NCBI GenBank assembly: GCA_052168235.1
Contig: JBQLZK010000118.1
Span: forward strand, 1-11,341
DNA: 11,341 nucleotides
Origin: Thainema sp.
GTDB taxonomy: Bacteria; Cyanobacteriota; Cyanobacteriia; Phormidesmidales; Phormidesmidaceae
Direction: 5' to 3'
The translations under genes were made by a program, and so were the position numbers. This document shows positions 1-8,502 of this stretch, piece by piece. The first letter of the stretch is position 1; the number at the start of each line of letters is the position of its first letter. A model generated the notes under the pieces. The model was not told where the DNA came from and ran no database searches. It was given only the letters and a program-made list of their open reading frames with translations.

Positions 1-53
1 GACGGTCTCAAATGAGACACCCTTGTCCCAAAACCTCAATTAATCGAGGTTCC
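1..53 (-). mobile_element. Probable terminal fragment of an insertion sequence inserted into cas1 (family uncertain, possibly IS5-like)
   Basis: On the - strand the Cas1-like reading ends at ...FNNVL and continues GGAACCTCGATTAATTGAGGTTTTGGGAC..., giving a non-Cas1 tail (REPRLIEVLGQGCLI*). The segment starts with GG, as many IS ends do, and holds two short inverted repeats (GTCTCA/TGAGAC 5-18; AACCTC/GAGGTT 32-51). The junction is uncertain by 1-3 bp and no transposase is visible. Confidence 0.55.
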
Positions 54-691
54 CTCAACACATTGTTGAACAGCAGCGTATAACCGAAACTCAGCAGCGA
101 ATTGATCGGATCAGTGGGCGGACGCCGACTTCGGTGCGTCAGCTCGAAATCAGGTTGAGTAATCAGCTGCCCTAACGCCGGAAAATAGCGGGCCGCACTC
201 GCTCCCTCTAATCCACGCAGCACATCTAGATGCTCAGCCAGCGGTTCCAGCCGCTCGACTTTCCGCAAATCTTGATCTAGACCCGCAATGGCGCTGGCGA
301 CCTGCTCACTATTCCGTCGCCGATTGAGCTTCAACAGCAACTGCTTCGAGTTCCACAGTTTACCCGTGACGAGTGATTTCGCCATCTCAGCTTGAAAGGT
401 ATTATCTTCAAAACGCCGGAACTGGGCCATTTCAGCCCTTAAATCATCATGCTCAGCGTTCCAGAGTTGCCCTTTATACTGCCCCGTCTGCGATAAAAAG
501 GCGACTGGAATCTGCTGATAGAGACAGGTCGAAATGGCTGCGGTCGTCAGTTGAATGTTGCCAAACACTAAAACCTGTTCAACATCGCGAATTGGCACCT
601 CGACAATGGCCTGCTCCGGTCGGGCAATGGCAAATCGTCCATGCGCCTTATGCAGCTTGCTTCCTTGGTGAACCAGACAGAGTAATGACAT
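8..691 (-). pseudogene. cas1: CRISPR-associated endonuclease Cas1, C-terminally truncated/interrupted
   Basis: Cas1 motifs: N-terminal L.LVHQGSKLHK..GRF, VPIRDVEQVLVFGNIQLTT, IPVAFLSQTGQYKG, LRGLEGASAARYF (catalytic Glu), R.RRPPTDPINSLLSFGYTLL. Likely start is ATG at 691 (MSLL...) rather than TTG at 718. The G..H motif and the downstream DL.EE.R motif are absent. It is about 227 aa versus about 330 aa for typical Cas1. Confidence 0.9.
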
Positions 692-1123
692 GGCTACAGA
701 TTGGATAGATAAGAACAATCATCTGCTCTTAACCAACCCTCAACCTGGCAACAGCTCACGACAACATTTGCATCTACACCATGTGTTTAATCGCAATGCA
801 GTCAAAATTCACAGTAGATACTACTTTTGTTCGCCAAATAAATTTGTACTGCGTATCCGTGCTTAACAAGCTTGACCTAACAACGTCAACTAATTGAAGT
901 AAATTACCGCACTGCTTAATCTTTATTGTCTTAGCTGTTCATTTTCCTTCAAGTTCATCAATATTACGGATATTCCTGACTAGAATGATCCGGAATACAC
1001 CCAATTCTCTGTGGAACCCAAAAAGAGTTTAGACCCACCCCTCTGCTGCTGATATCGTTGCATCACTCAATCAATAACTGCCGCGACTCAGCACAATGCC
1101 AAGATATAGAGTACTTCCTGGCT
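692..1123. promoter_or_regulatory. Divergent promoter region between cas1 and cas10
   Basis: AT-rich non-coding gap between head-to-head genes. It has a candidate -10 TAGAAT at 981-986 and palindromes at 813-825, 872-889 and 962-997. Exact promoters cannot be determined. Confidence 0.55.
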
Positions 1124-3565
1124 ATGTCCGACTTTCCCGACAACATCAAAATTGCGATCGCGCAATGCCTAACCTGGCAAAGCGATTTGACCAATGATCA
1201 AGTCATTCAAGCCCTCAATGCTGTTGATGATACGCTCCAAAATCCTTTTGCTAAGTTAACAACCCGAGCAGAATTAGAAAAATTTGTCACAGAAAAGACG
1301 GATCCAATTTTGTCAAAAAATAAGATTGGTCTGGTCTACGGTGGTGCCACTAAAATCAAAAACTACGTCTTTGAATCTGCTGACTTACAAGAGATTCGCG
1401 GAGCATCGGCTCTACTTGATCGGATCAACTTAATCGATCTGCCAGCCTTCTTCAAAGCTGAAACTGATGGAAAACGCTTTCCCCAGTGTGAACAGGCTAA
1501 AGGTTACTGTAAGCAGGTGCGGACTCAGTGGCTAGGCCATCAGGACAATTTTCCTAAACTCGTAGATACCCTGACACCAGAGATGGTGATTTATTCAACT
1601 GGGGGCAATATCTTGGCCTTTTGCCCAGAAGAGTTGGTTGACGATCTCGCTGACGCAATCGAAAAACGCTACACAACTGAAACTTTAACCGCTAATGCCT
1701 GTGCCGTTGGTGCCAAGTTCAGCCCTCTAGAAATTTATCTAGGATTGCTGGGTGAATCTTTAGAGAACACGCTTTGGCTCGATACAGTTGAGGCTCATAA
1801 AGACAATCCTGCGGTTCGGGCTTATTTGGGCTTATCGAAGAAGCGAGATAAAAACGGGAATGAACAAGAAGTCTTGCGCCCTAAAGAGGCATTTAAGCAA
1901 CGCAAAGGGTTTAGTGAACTAGTCGGTCAGTTAGCTAATCAGTTCAACCAACGACGCAGCGGCTACGATGCTCTCGATTCACACCGTTCCAGCCGTTGCT
2001 ATCCCCCTATGTTTGAGACGCATCCTTATTTAATGCGGGATGATAGCGACAGGAGATCAGCTGTTTTACAAGTTCCTGCTGACCAGCTAACTAAAACCCC
2101 TAAATTCTCAGAACCATTAGCTAGAAAATATCTTGTTGGGCAAATCTCTAAGCGTGAATACTCAAGCAGCCGATGGTATTTCACTCGTTCTTCTCCTTTT
2201 CGACAACGGATACAAGGACGAAATCGATTATGGAAACCTGGACCGCTGATTAGCTGGGTCAGCAAGTTTGAGCAATTTGTAGATGAAAATGGGTTTGTCA
2301 GCCTCTATGACGACCACCACCATATTTTTTATCCTCGAAGAACACGCCAGCGGCTTGTTCAAGATGTGTATCGACGTGAGGCGCGCACGCTAGCGGAAAT
2401 TGGAGCCGCTGATCCCAATGGATTTGTTGCTTATGTTTATGCGGATGGCAACAACATGGGGCAGTATATCCGCGACAGCATTAAAACTCCTGAACACTAT
2501 CAGCAATTTAGTCAAGACGTTTTTGATGCGACTGAGAAATCCGTTTACTGGGCGATCGCTCACCATGTCCACCCCTATGAATATACTCCCGATGCCAAGT
2601 CTCCGCGAAGGAACAGAAATCCGGTGTGGAGTCATCCCTTTGAGATCATCACGATTGGCGGCGACGATGTGCTGATCATTGTGCCCGCTAATAAAGCCCT
2701 GGAAATCGCTGCATCTATCGGACAAGAGTTTGAGCAACGCTTGTCCGAAGGAGATAAGCCGTATATGGCCCCAAATACTTACGATCCTACTCGGACTCAT
2801 AGAAACTCTCGACAAATTTCTTTTTGCCCAATTCAGCAAAATCGATTGAGTATGTCTAGTGGAGTACTTATTACGTCAGCAGATACGCCTATTTATTACG
2901 CATTTAACTTGGTCTCACAACTTTTAAAGTCAGCAAAAAAGAAGGCCAAGACTCTAAGTAAACGAGAAGACAATCAATATTTGGGTGGCACTGTCGATTT
3001 CCTCACCCTCAAAGCCGTCACGATGATTTCATCCAACATCGAGTCGTTCCGGAATGAAGGATTGACTGTACGCTTCCCAGAGCGGCAGCAGGAATTGAAG
3101 CTGTATGGAGCCCCCTATACCCTGCATGAATTAGATGGGTTGATTAGCACCGTGAGAGCTGTAAAAGCATCGGGTTTTCCGCGATCGCAACTGTACCAAA
3201 TCCGAACTCTGCTAGAGCAAGGCAAACGCACTGCCATCTTGAACTATCGCTATTTCAGAGTCCGACTCAAGCGAGATAAAGATCCGCAGAAAGATCCACA
3301 ACAACTCTTGATCGACTACTTTGAGAATGCTTGGTGCAAGGCTAAAACGAATGATGGCAACTTGGCTCCTTGGATGACTTTGGATGACTCCAAGGATAAC
3401 GCCTCTGTTGAGGTAGCTAAAGAGAAGAAAACGATCTACGAAACTCTGTGGCGAGAACTGGTTGATCTCTATCCCTTCATTGAAGCCCCAGTGACTGAAG
3501 TTCCAAAAGATATAGACGATGCCCAGGAGGGCAAAACGCAGTCGGCTAGCAGTGAGGAGGCGTAA
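1124..3565 (+). CDS. cas10: Type III CRISPR large subunit Cas10 (III-D / Crm2-like), no HD domain
   Basis: Palm1-type segment LVYGGATKIKNYVF...LQEIRGASALLD and IYSTGGNILAF; Palm2 motifs YVYADGNNMG and IITIGGDDVLII (GGDD at 2657-2668); C-terminal helical domain (FPRSQLYQIR). Probable start is ATG 1124 (MSDFPD..., 813 aa); the track start TTG 1058 is less likely. Confidence 0.95.
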   Translation: MSDFPDNIKIAIAQCLTWQSDLTNDQVIQALNAVDDTLQNPFAKLTTRAELEKFVTEKTDPILSKNKIGLVYGGATKIKNYVFESADLQEIRGASALLDRINLIDLPAFFKAETDGKRFPQCEQAKGYCKQVRTQWLGHQDNFPKLVDTLTPEMVIYSTGGNILAFCPEELVDDLADAIEKRYTTETLTANACAVGAKFSPLEIYLGLLGESLENTLWLDTVEAHKDNPAVRAYLGLSKKRDKNGNEQEVLRPKEAFKQRKGFSELVGQLANQFNQRRSGYDALDSHRSSRCYPPMFETHPYLMRDDSDRRSAVLQVPADQLTKTPKFSEPLARKYLVGQISKREYSSSRWYFTRSSPFRQRIQGRNRLWKPGPLISWVSKFEQFVDENGFVSLYDDHHHIFYPRRTRQRLVQDVYRREARTLAEIGAADPNGFVAYVYADGNNMGQYIRDSIKTPEHYQQFSQDVFDATEKSVYWAIAHHVHPYEYTPDAKSPRRNRNPVWSHPFEIITIGGDDVLIIVPANKALEIAASIGQEFEQRLSEGDKPYMAPNTYDPTRTHRNSRQISFCPIQQNRLSMSSGVLITSADTPIYYAFNLVSQLLKSAKKKAKTLSKREDNQYLGGTVDFLTLKAVTMISSNIESFRNEGLTVRFPERQQELKLYGAPYTLHELDGLISTVRAVKASGFPRSQLYQIRTLLEQGKRTAILNYRYFRVRLKRDKDPQKDPQQLLIDYFENAWCKAKTNDGNLAPWMTLDDSKDNASVEVAKEKKTIYETLWRELVDLYPFIEAPVTEVPKDIDDAQEGKTQSASSEEA

Positions 3566-3567
3566 TC

Positions 3568-4386
3568 ATGATTCAACTCAGCGCTCTCAATCAAGCCTCC
3601 GCCCAAACAAGCCCGATCGACCCCATTTCTCTAACAGCAATTGTTGATACGGCTCTCTGTGTCGGGGCTGGTGGGTCATCTGGCTCCCAAGCTGATAAAC
3701 CTATTATCAAAACGGCAGAGGATCGATTAGTTATACCGGCCTCTCAACTCAAAGGTAGACTGCGTCATGAATGCGAAAAGCTGACGCGAGCGTTAGGCTG
3801 GCCTACCTGTGAATCCCCAGTAGCAGAAACCATGTGTCCTCAACGGGTTGGATTTGCGGCCAAGGATGCAGCAGATAATGACCACGAAAATCGCTTTCAT
3901 ACAACTATCTACCAAGTGCCCGGTGACGGACGACATCACTGTTTGATTTGTCAGATATTTGGCAATCCTGCATTACCGGCCAAACTTCAGCTCAGCGATC
4001 TGGTTTGTACCGAGCCACCAGAGAATATTCCTGAAGTCATACGTCCTGGCGTGACGATTAACCGTCGTCGTCGCACTGCCGAGGAGAAAAAGCTGTACTT
4101 CTTAGAAACTTCACCAGCCAATGCCCAGCTTACGTTTACAGGTACGCTAACCCTGGAACCCAATCTCCATCTTGGAGCCAAAGTATTGCTTCTGGCCGGA
4201 CTCAAGCATATCCATGCATTAGGCGGCAGTAAATCAACTGGATTGGGTTGGCTTCGTTGGCAATCGTCTTTCTTGGAGACTCCGGATATTGAGCAAGATG
4301 CCTGGGACTTTTTAAGCCAAGCACCAGCCAAAAATAATGCATCTCAAACCTCTACAGCAGAGGAGAACAAGCATGAAACGGATTGA
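3568..4386 (+). CDS. cas7: Cas7-group RAMP (Csm3-like) with Zn-binding cysteines
   Basis: TALCVGAG...ADKPII (Csm3-type catalytic Asp position), IPASQLKGRLRH, CLICQIFG, RPGVTINRRRRTA, Gly-rich loop LGGSKSTGLG. Starts 2 bp after the cas10 stop, with GAGGAGG upstream. Confidence 0.9.
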   Translation: MIQLSALNQASAQTSPIDPISLTAIVDTALCVGAGGSSGSQADKPIIKTAEDRLVIPASQLKGRLRHECEKLTRALGWPTCESPVAETMCPQRVGFAAKDAADNDHENRFHTTIYQVPGDGRHHCLICQIFGNPALPAKLQLSDLVCTEPPENIPEVIRPGVTINRRRRTAEEKKLYFLETSPANAQLTFTGTLTLEPNLHLGAKVLLLAGLKHIHALGGSKSTGLGWLRWQSSFLETPDIEQDAWDFLSQAPAKNNASQTSTAEENKHETD

Positions 4387-5614
4387 CCTGACCATTACCG
4401 CTCAAGCTCCCCTCGCTATTGGCCAACGTAAACCTGGTGGTTCCGTCAGCGAAGCAATGGACTACATTCCAGGTAGCGTCATTCGAGGTGCGATCGCAGG
4501 CAAATTGTTGCAGCATGGTGAACCAGAATCAGGAGATGATTTTCACAAGCTATTTGTAGATGAAAGGGCTGCCATTTTTCAGAATGCGTATCCTGCGATC
4601 GCAAAGCTGGGCGAAGATCATTACACTCTCAGTCCTGACGAAACTCTGGTTCTACCCGCTACCGCTTTGAGTTCCAAAACAAATAGCGGCTTCAAACCCA
4701 GAAAAGCAGGCGTTTTTGACTCTCTAATTGATAGCTACTGTGCTAGAGAGCAGGGTTTGTTTTATGAACCCAATAGTAAAGAGGGCGATCGCGTTGAGCC
4801 TTTTAACGGGTTCTACAGCAAAATTGACGGTCATTATGTTTCTCATTCTGTAAGTAAACGACTACTAACGCGAGTCGGCATTAATCGCAGACGAGCAACA
4901 GCCCAGGATGAAATCCTATACAGCCTAGAGGTGATGAATGAGTCACAGGGTAAGGATAGGCGACAACCGACTGTCTATAAAAGTTTCATTCTGATTGATG
5001 ATAATGATGTCCTGGCAGAAGAGTTGTGTACGTTTCTTGACCAAAACTGCGATCGCTTCCGTTTGGGCGGTTCGGCTTCTCGTGGTTTAGGTAAAGTCAA
5101 GCTTGACGTGGAGCTAAACGATGTTGCCGATCCTACATCCAAAGTGAAACAGCGGATTAATCAGTTTAATGATTGCTTAGAAAGTCGTTGGGAAAGTTGG
5201 AGCGTTTTCGGCTCTGGCAAACGCTTTCCTGAAGATCACATTTTCTTTTCTGCCAGCTTAGAATCTGAAGCTATTTGGGTTGAGAACTGGCGACGCACGT
5301 TTGTTCTCTCTACAGAGATGCTATGCCAGCTTACTGGTCTTGCAGATAGCAAGGTTAATTTAAAAATGGCTTATAGCAGTTATGGCTACCGCTCTGGCTG
5401 GAATGCGGCTTGGGGGCTAGCTAAGGATGTAGAGCTAGTAACCACAATGGGTAGCGTTTTTCTGTTCAGTATTCCGAAGGCTGAGCAGGAGAGCTGGTTA
5501 AATCAGTTGGCTGAGTTGGAGATGCAAGGGATTGGGGAACGAACGAGCGAAGGCTTTGGACAAATCAAAATTTGCGATGAATTTCATCAGGTAATGCGGG
5601 AGAATCCAGTGTGA
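4373..5614 (+). CDS. csx10: Type III-D RAMP Csx10 (Cas5-group, two RAMP-like halves)
   Basis: APLAIG...DYIPGSVIRGAIA, RVGINRRRATA, first Gly loop LGGSASRGLG, YRSGWNAAWGL, GSVFLF, second Gly loop GIGERTSEGFG. The start ATG 4373 follows AGGAG at 4361-4365 and overlaps the upstream gene end. Confidence 0.88.
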   Translation: MKRIDLTITAQAPLAIGQRKPGGSVSEAMDYIPGSVIRGAIAGKLLQHGEPESGDDFHKLFVDERAAIFQNAYPAIAKLGEDHYTLSPDETLVLPATALSSKTNSGFKPRKAGVFDSLIDSYCAREQGLFYEPNSKEGDRVEPFNGFYSKIDGHYVSHSVSKRLLTRVGINRRRATAQDEILYSLEVMNESQGKDRRQPTVYKSFILIDDNDVLAEELCTFLDQNCDRFRLGGSASRGLGKVKLDVELNDVADPTSKVKQRINQFNDCLESRWESWSVFGSGKRFPEDHIFFSASLESEAIWVENWRRTFVLSTEMLCQLTGLADSKVNLKMAYSSYGYRSGWNAAWGLAKDVELVTTMGSVFLFSIPKAEQESWLNQLAELEMQGIGERTSEGFGQIKICDEFHQVMRENPV

Positions 5615-6045
5615 GTAAAACAATTAGTCCAGAACATGAACTTGCAATTCAGCGGGGCATTCGACAAGCCGAAGATGCACTAGTCATTGCGGTTGAAGAT
5701 GCTTTGAATAACTGCGAATACCCCACGTCTGGCCGCGACAAGCTAGAGGAATCCCAGTTTCGTAATTTAGTCCGAGTTTCTGACAGTACCGAAAGTCCAG
5801 AAGTGGTCAAGAACTTTATCCGCTATCAAGTCGGACGCGAACGTAAATGGGGCAGAGGTGAAAAATCTTTAGCTGAACGCATCATTCAAGATATCGACAG
5901 CAAGCTGAAGAGCGAGGCTCAGAACATTGTTGAAGCTGCCCAGGAACCAGACGAGAAAAAACGGGTATGGATAGAGCTGATTCGCCGCTACTTGGGTTAC
6001 GGTGCGCGCCATCTCCGATATCTAAACTCCAATCGGGAGGGATAA
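5611..6045 (+). CDS. cas11: Cas11 small subunit (Csm2-like)
   Basis: 144 aa, apparently all-alpha. SQFRNLV...NFIRYQVGR...W motif and C-terminal helix LIRRYLGYGARHLRY. Its GTGA start overlaps the csx10 stop, and its position in the operon is typical. Confidence 0.8.
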   Translation: MSKTISPEHELAIQRGIRQAEDALVIAVEDALNNCEYPTSGRDKLEESQFRNLVRVSDSTESPEVVKNFIRYQVGRERKWGRGEKSLAERIIQDIDSKLKSEAQNIVEAAQEPDEKKRVWIELIRRYLGYGARHLRYLNSNREG

Positions 6046-6051
6046 GTCACG

Positions 6052-7008
6052 ATGTTTAATGTTTTTAGAAATCGTTTAGAAATTACAGGTACCCTCACTA
6101 CTGTGACGGCTCTACGGATTAGCCAGGGGCGCTCGCTAGAGCCTATCGGATCTGACCTACCCGTTGTAAAAGATGCGTTAGGGAAGCCCTTGATCCCTGG
6201 GTCTAGCTTCAAAGGAGCAATGCGATCTCGCCTTGAAGCCTTTCTGAGAGGGATTGATGGCAGCCTTGCTGCTAATCCAGCTATTGAAGCGGAATGGTCA
6301 ATTACAAACGATAGATTAAATGGCAAGGAAGGTATTAAGGAATCAGTAGAACAGCAGCTAAAGGAACTGTTTCCTAAAGATAATCAAGCGAGTGAACGAA
6401 CAGGTAAAAGAGATGAGTTACTAACACATGCGATTCTTCAAGAAACTGATTTAGCGTCTCTAGTGTTTGGATCTCCCTGGATCGCTAGTAAGTTCCAAGT
6501 CAGAGATCTCACTGTCGATTCTGATTTTTGGTTTGGTCAATATCAAGAACGGGATGGAGTGTCCATTAATCGCGACACTGAAACTGCAGAAGATGGCCGA
6601 CTTTATGATTTTCAGGTTGTTCCAGGCAATACTCCCTTCAAATTTCATACTGTTGTTGAAAATGCTGAAGATTGGGAACTCGGTTTACTGATGATGGGCC
6701 TCAACCAGTTTGAGAATGAGCAAGTTCCTTTAGGCGGTGGTAAATCACGAGGGTTAGGAGTCGTTAAGCTCAAAATTAACGATGTTTGGTGGGTCAATTG
6801 TCCTTCAGAGCAGCCACAGACTATCATCGATTATTTACAGCGGCTTGTTGTAGGTAATAAAGATAATCACTACAAGCTACCTTTCGAATCAGGAACGACG
6901 TTTGAAAACTTGAAAGAAAGTTGGACGACGGCCTTAGTTAGGTACTTAACCCAAAAAGTGTCCACTAACGGAACAGAAGCACCTGCGGAGGAGGGAAGTC
7001 ATGCATAA
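6052..7008 (+). CDS. cas7: Cas7-group RAMP (Csx7/SSO1426-like, Csm3-related backbone subunit)
   Basis: TALRIS.G...GSDLPVVKD...PLIPGSSFKGAMRS, LVFGSPW.ASK, RDGVSINRDTETA, LYDFQVVP, Gly loop LGGGKSRGLG. GGGAGG is upstream. Confidence 0.88.
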   Translation: MFNVFRNRLEITGTLTTVTALRISQGRSLEPIGSDLPVVKDALGKPLIPGSSFKGAMRSRLEAFLRGIDGSLAANPAIEAEWSITNDRLNGKEGIKESVEQQLKELFPKDNQASERTGKRDELLTHAILQETDLASLVFGSPWIASKFQVRDLTVDSDFWFGQYQERDGVSINRDTETAEDGRLYDFQVVPGNTPFKFHTVVENAEDWELGLLMMGLNQFENEQVPLGGGKSRGLGVVKLKINDVWWVNCPSEQPQTIIDYLQRLVVGNKDNHYKLPFESGTTFENLKESWTTALVRYLTQKVSTNGTEAPAEEGSHA

Positions 7009-8005
7009 ACGACTCGTTAACCACTGCACAATTGACCTTACGCTGATTCCTCAGGGGCCAGTATTAGTCAAATCAGGCAAAGAAGGCGCTGATCCGACTA
7101 AACCTGATATGGAGTTTGTTGAGACGTACCATGCAGGTGGACGCTCGATCTTCTTTCCGGGCAGTTCTCTTAAGGGGGCTTTGCGTGCCCATGCTGAGCG
7201 CATTGTTAGGACCATCGGCAGTGATCAACGTCCCCTGAATTTACTTGATCTAGATCCTCAAACTGATCCGAAGATGCCACTCTGGGCAACGGATCCACTT
7301 GACCGTAAAAGTTATACCTACCTAGAAAAGCAAACAGATACCCAAAAGATTTATCGTTGGTCATCGTTTACCGATCAACTGTTTGGCAGTGTTGCGATCG
7401 CAAGTCGTCTACGCATTGAGGATGCCTACCCCGATCCTGACAAACCCAAACCGCGATTGGAAGAACGCAACGGAGTAGCCATTGATCGAGTCTTTGGTTC
7501 GGTGGCAGTAGGGCCATTTAACTATCAGGTTTGTACGGAAGGAGAATTTCGCACCAAGATCCACTTAAAGAATTTCACTCTTGAACAGCTCGGATTGTTA
7601 GGTTTGGTATTACGAGATCTCGATGATGGTTGGTTTGGCCTGGGATTTGCCAAGTCGCGGGGTATGGGTTTGGTCTCAGTCAAATTCAACGAGGCTAAGG
7701 TTGAGTATCCAGGCTGCATTTTGCCAAATGATCAGATAGTCACGTTGGGCGATAACACTCCTTGGGCAGAGGTTGCTCTCAAAGGCGCAGGCGCTTTTCT
7801 GGCTGATGATGAGCGCAAGAGCTACGGCTTTCCAGGTGAGGATGTTGAAGCATTGCGGAACTATGGAGAAGAGAAAAGTCCACTGCTCGAAAAAATGCAG
7901 TATGGATTAGGTGTTCGGCTCCGTTGGCCAGAGGGTCAGGTGGAGGAGCTATTTGAGGCAGCGGTTAGTGCTTGGTGTCAGCGATTGGGAGGGGTAACTC
8001 CGTGA
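7001..8005 (+). CDS. cas7: Cas7-group RAMP
   Basis: GPVLVKSG...PDMEFV, FPGSSLKGALRAHAERI, QLFGS...ASRLRIEDAYP, RNGVAIDRVFG, Gly loop LGFAKSRGMG. Overlaps the previous gene by 8 bp. Confidence 0.87.
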   Translation: MHKRLVNHCTIDLTLIPQGPVLVKSGKEGADPTKPDMEFVETYHAGGRSIFFPGSSLKGALRAHAERIVRTIGSDQRPLNLLDLDPQTDPKMPLWATDPLDRKSYTYLEKQTDTQKIYRWSSFTDQLFGSVAIASRLRIEDAYPDPDKPKPRLEERNGVAIDRVFGSVAVGPFNYQVCTEGEFRTKIHLKNFTLEQLGLLGLVLRDLDDGWFGLGFAKSRGMGLVSVKFNEAKVEYPGCILPNDQIVTLGDNTPWAEVALKGAGAFLADDERKSYGFPGEDVEALRNYGEEKSPLLEKMQYGLGVRLRWPEGQVEELFEAAVSAWCQRLGGVTP

Positions 8006-8502
8006 CCCAAGCGACATCAAAAGCAAGCCAATCCGAAGCCAACCAAACTGAGCAGCAGGGATTTGTGAGTGTTGAGTGTAGTCCTTTGGAGCAGGCTTCT
8101 TTAGAAGAGTTGATTAAGCGTTGCATTACAGGCGATGTCTGGCACTGTCTCCAATGGCCCCACAAAACAGAATTCCATTCAGGTCAGCCAACTGATTTTT
8201 CTGCCTCAGACGGTCAGGTATTTAACCAGGATCGGGAGCTGCGATGGAAGCGTCGGGGTGATCATTATGAGGTCTTGTTGCTATCTAATTCACCCATTAC
8301 GGATGAAGCATTACGGTCGCTGGATGAATTGCAACATTGGTTAATCCGGGATCTAAATGCCAACTTCTATCCCCCTACGGAAACTCGATTTCCCCGAGGA
8401 GTCACGTATCCAAACGGTCTTGATGTCGGTCAGCGATATTTCATGGATAAGAAAACCGCAATTGTGCAGTTTGTGGCGTTGAGGGCAATGAAACATGGTT
8501 AA
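8002..8502 (+). CDS. csx19: Probable Csx19 (type III-D small accessory subunit)
   Basis: About 166 aa from GTG 8002 (GTGA overlap, GGAGGGG upstream). GQVFNQDRELRWKR resembles the Csx19 R.F....ELRW.R motif, and it ends in .RYF.D.....VQFVAL. It lies directly before the last Cas7, as in III-D loci. Confidence 0.7.
   Translation: MTQATSKASQSEANQTEQQGFVSVECSPLEQASLEELIKRCITGDVWHCLQWPHKTEFHSGQPTDFSASDGQVFNQDRELRWKRRGDHYEVLLLSNSPITDEALRSLDELQHWLIRDLNANFYPPTETRFPRGVTYPNGLDVGQRYFMDKKTAIVQFVALRAMKHG

Noticed and set aside
373..708. 111-aa + strand ORF
   Set aside because: Antisense shadow of cas1 with no recognisable motif.
813..825. NtcA or cyanobacterial LexA box
   Set aside because: Spacing is GTA-N5-TAC rather than GTA-N8-TAC, and it lacks the GTAC half-sites of the LexA box.
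692..1057. Reverse transcriptase fused to or upstream of cas1
   Set aside because: No long ORF or YADD-type motif upstream of cas1 on the - strand; Cas1 begins with its own N-terminal motif.
1058..1123. Upstream TTG start for cas10
   Set aside because: No RBS and no Cas10-like residues in the extension; ATG 1124 is more plausible.
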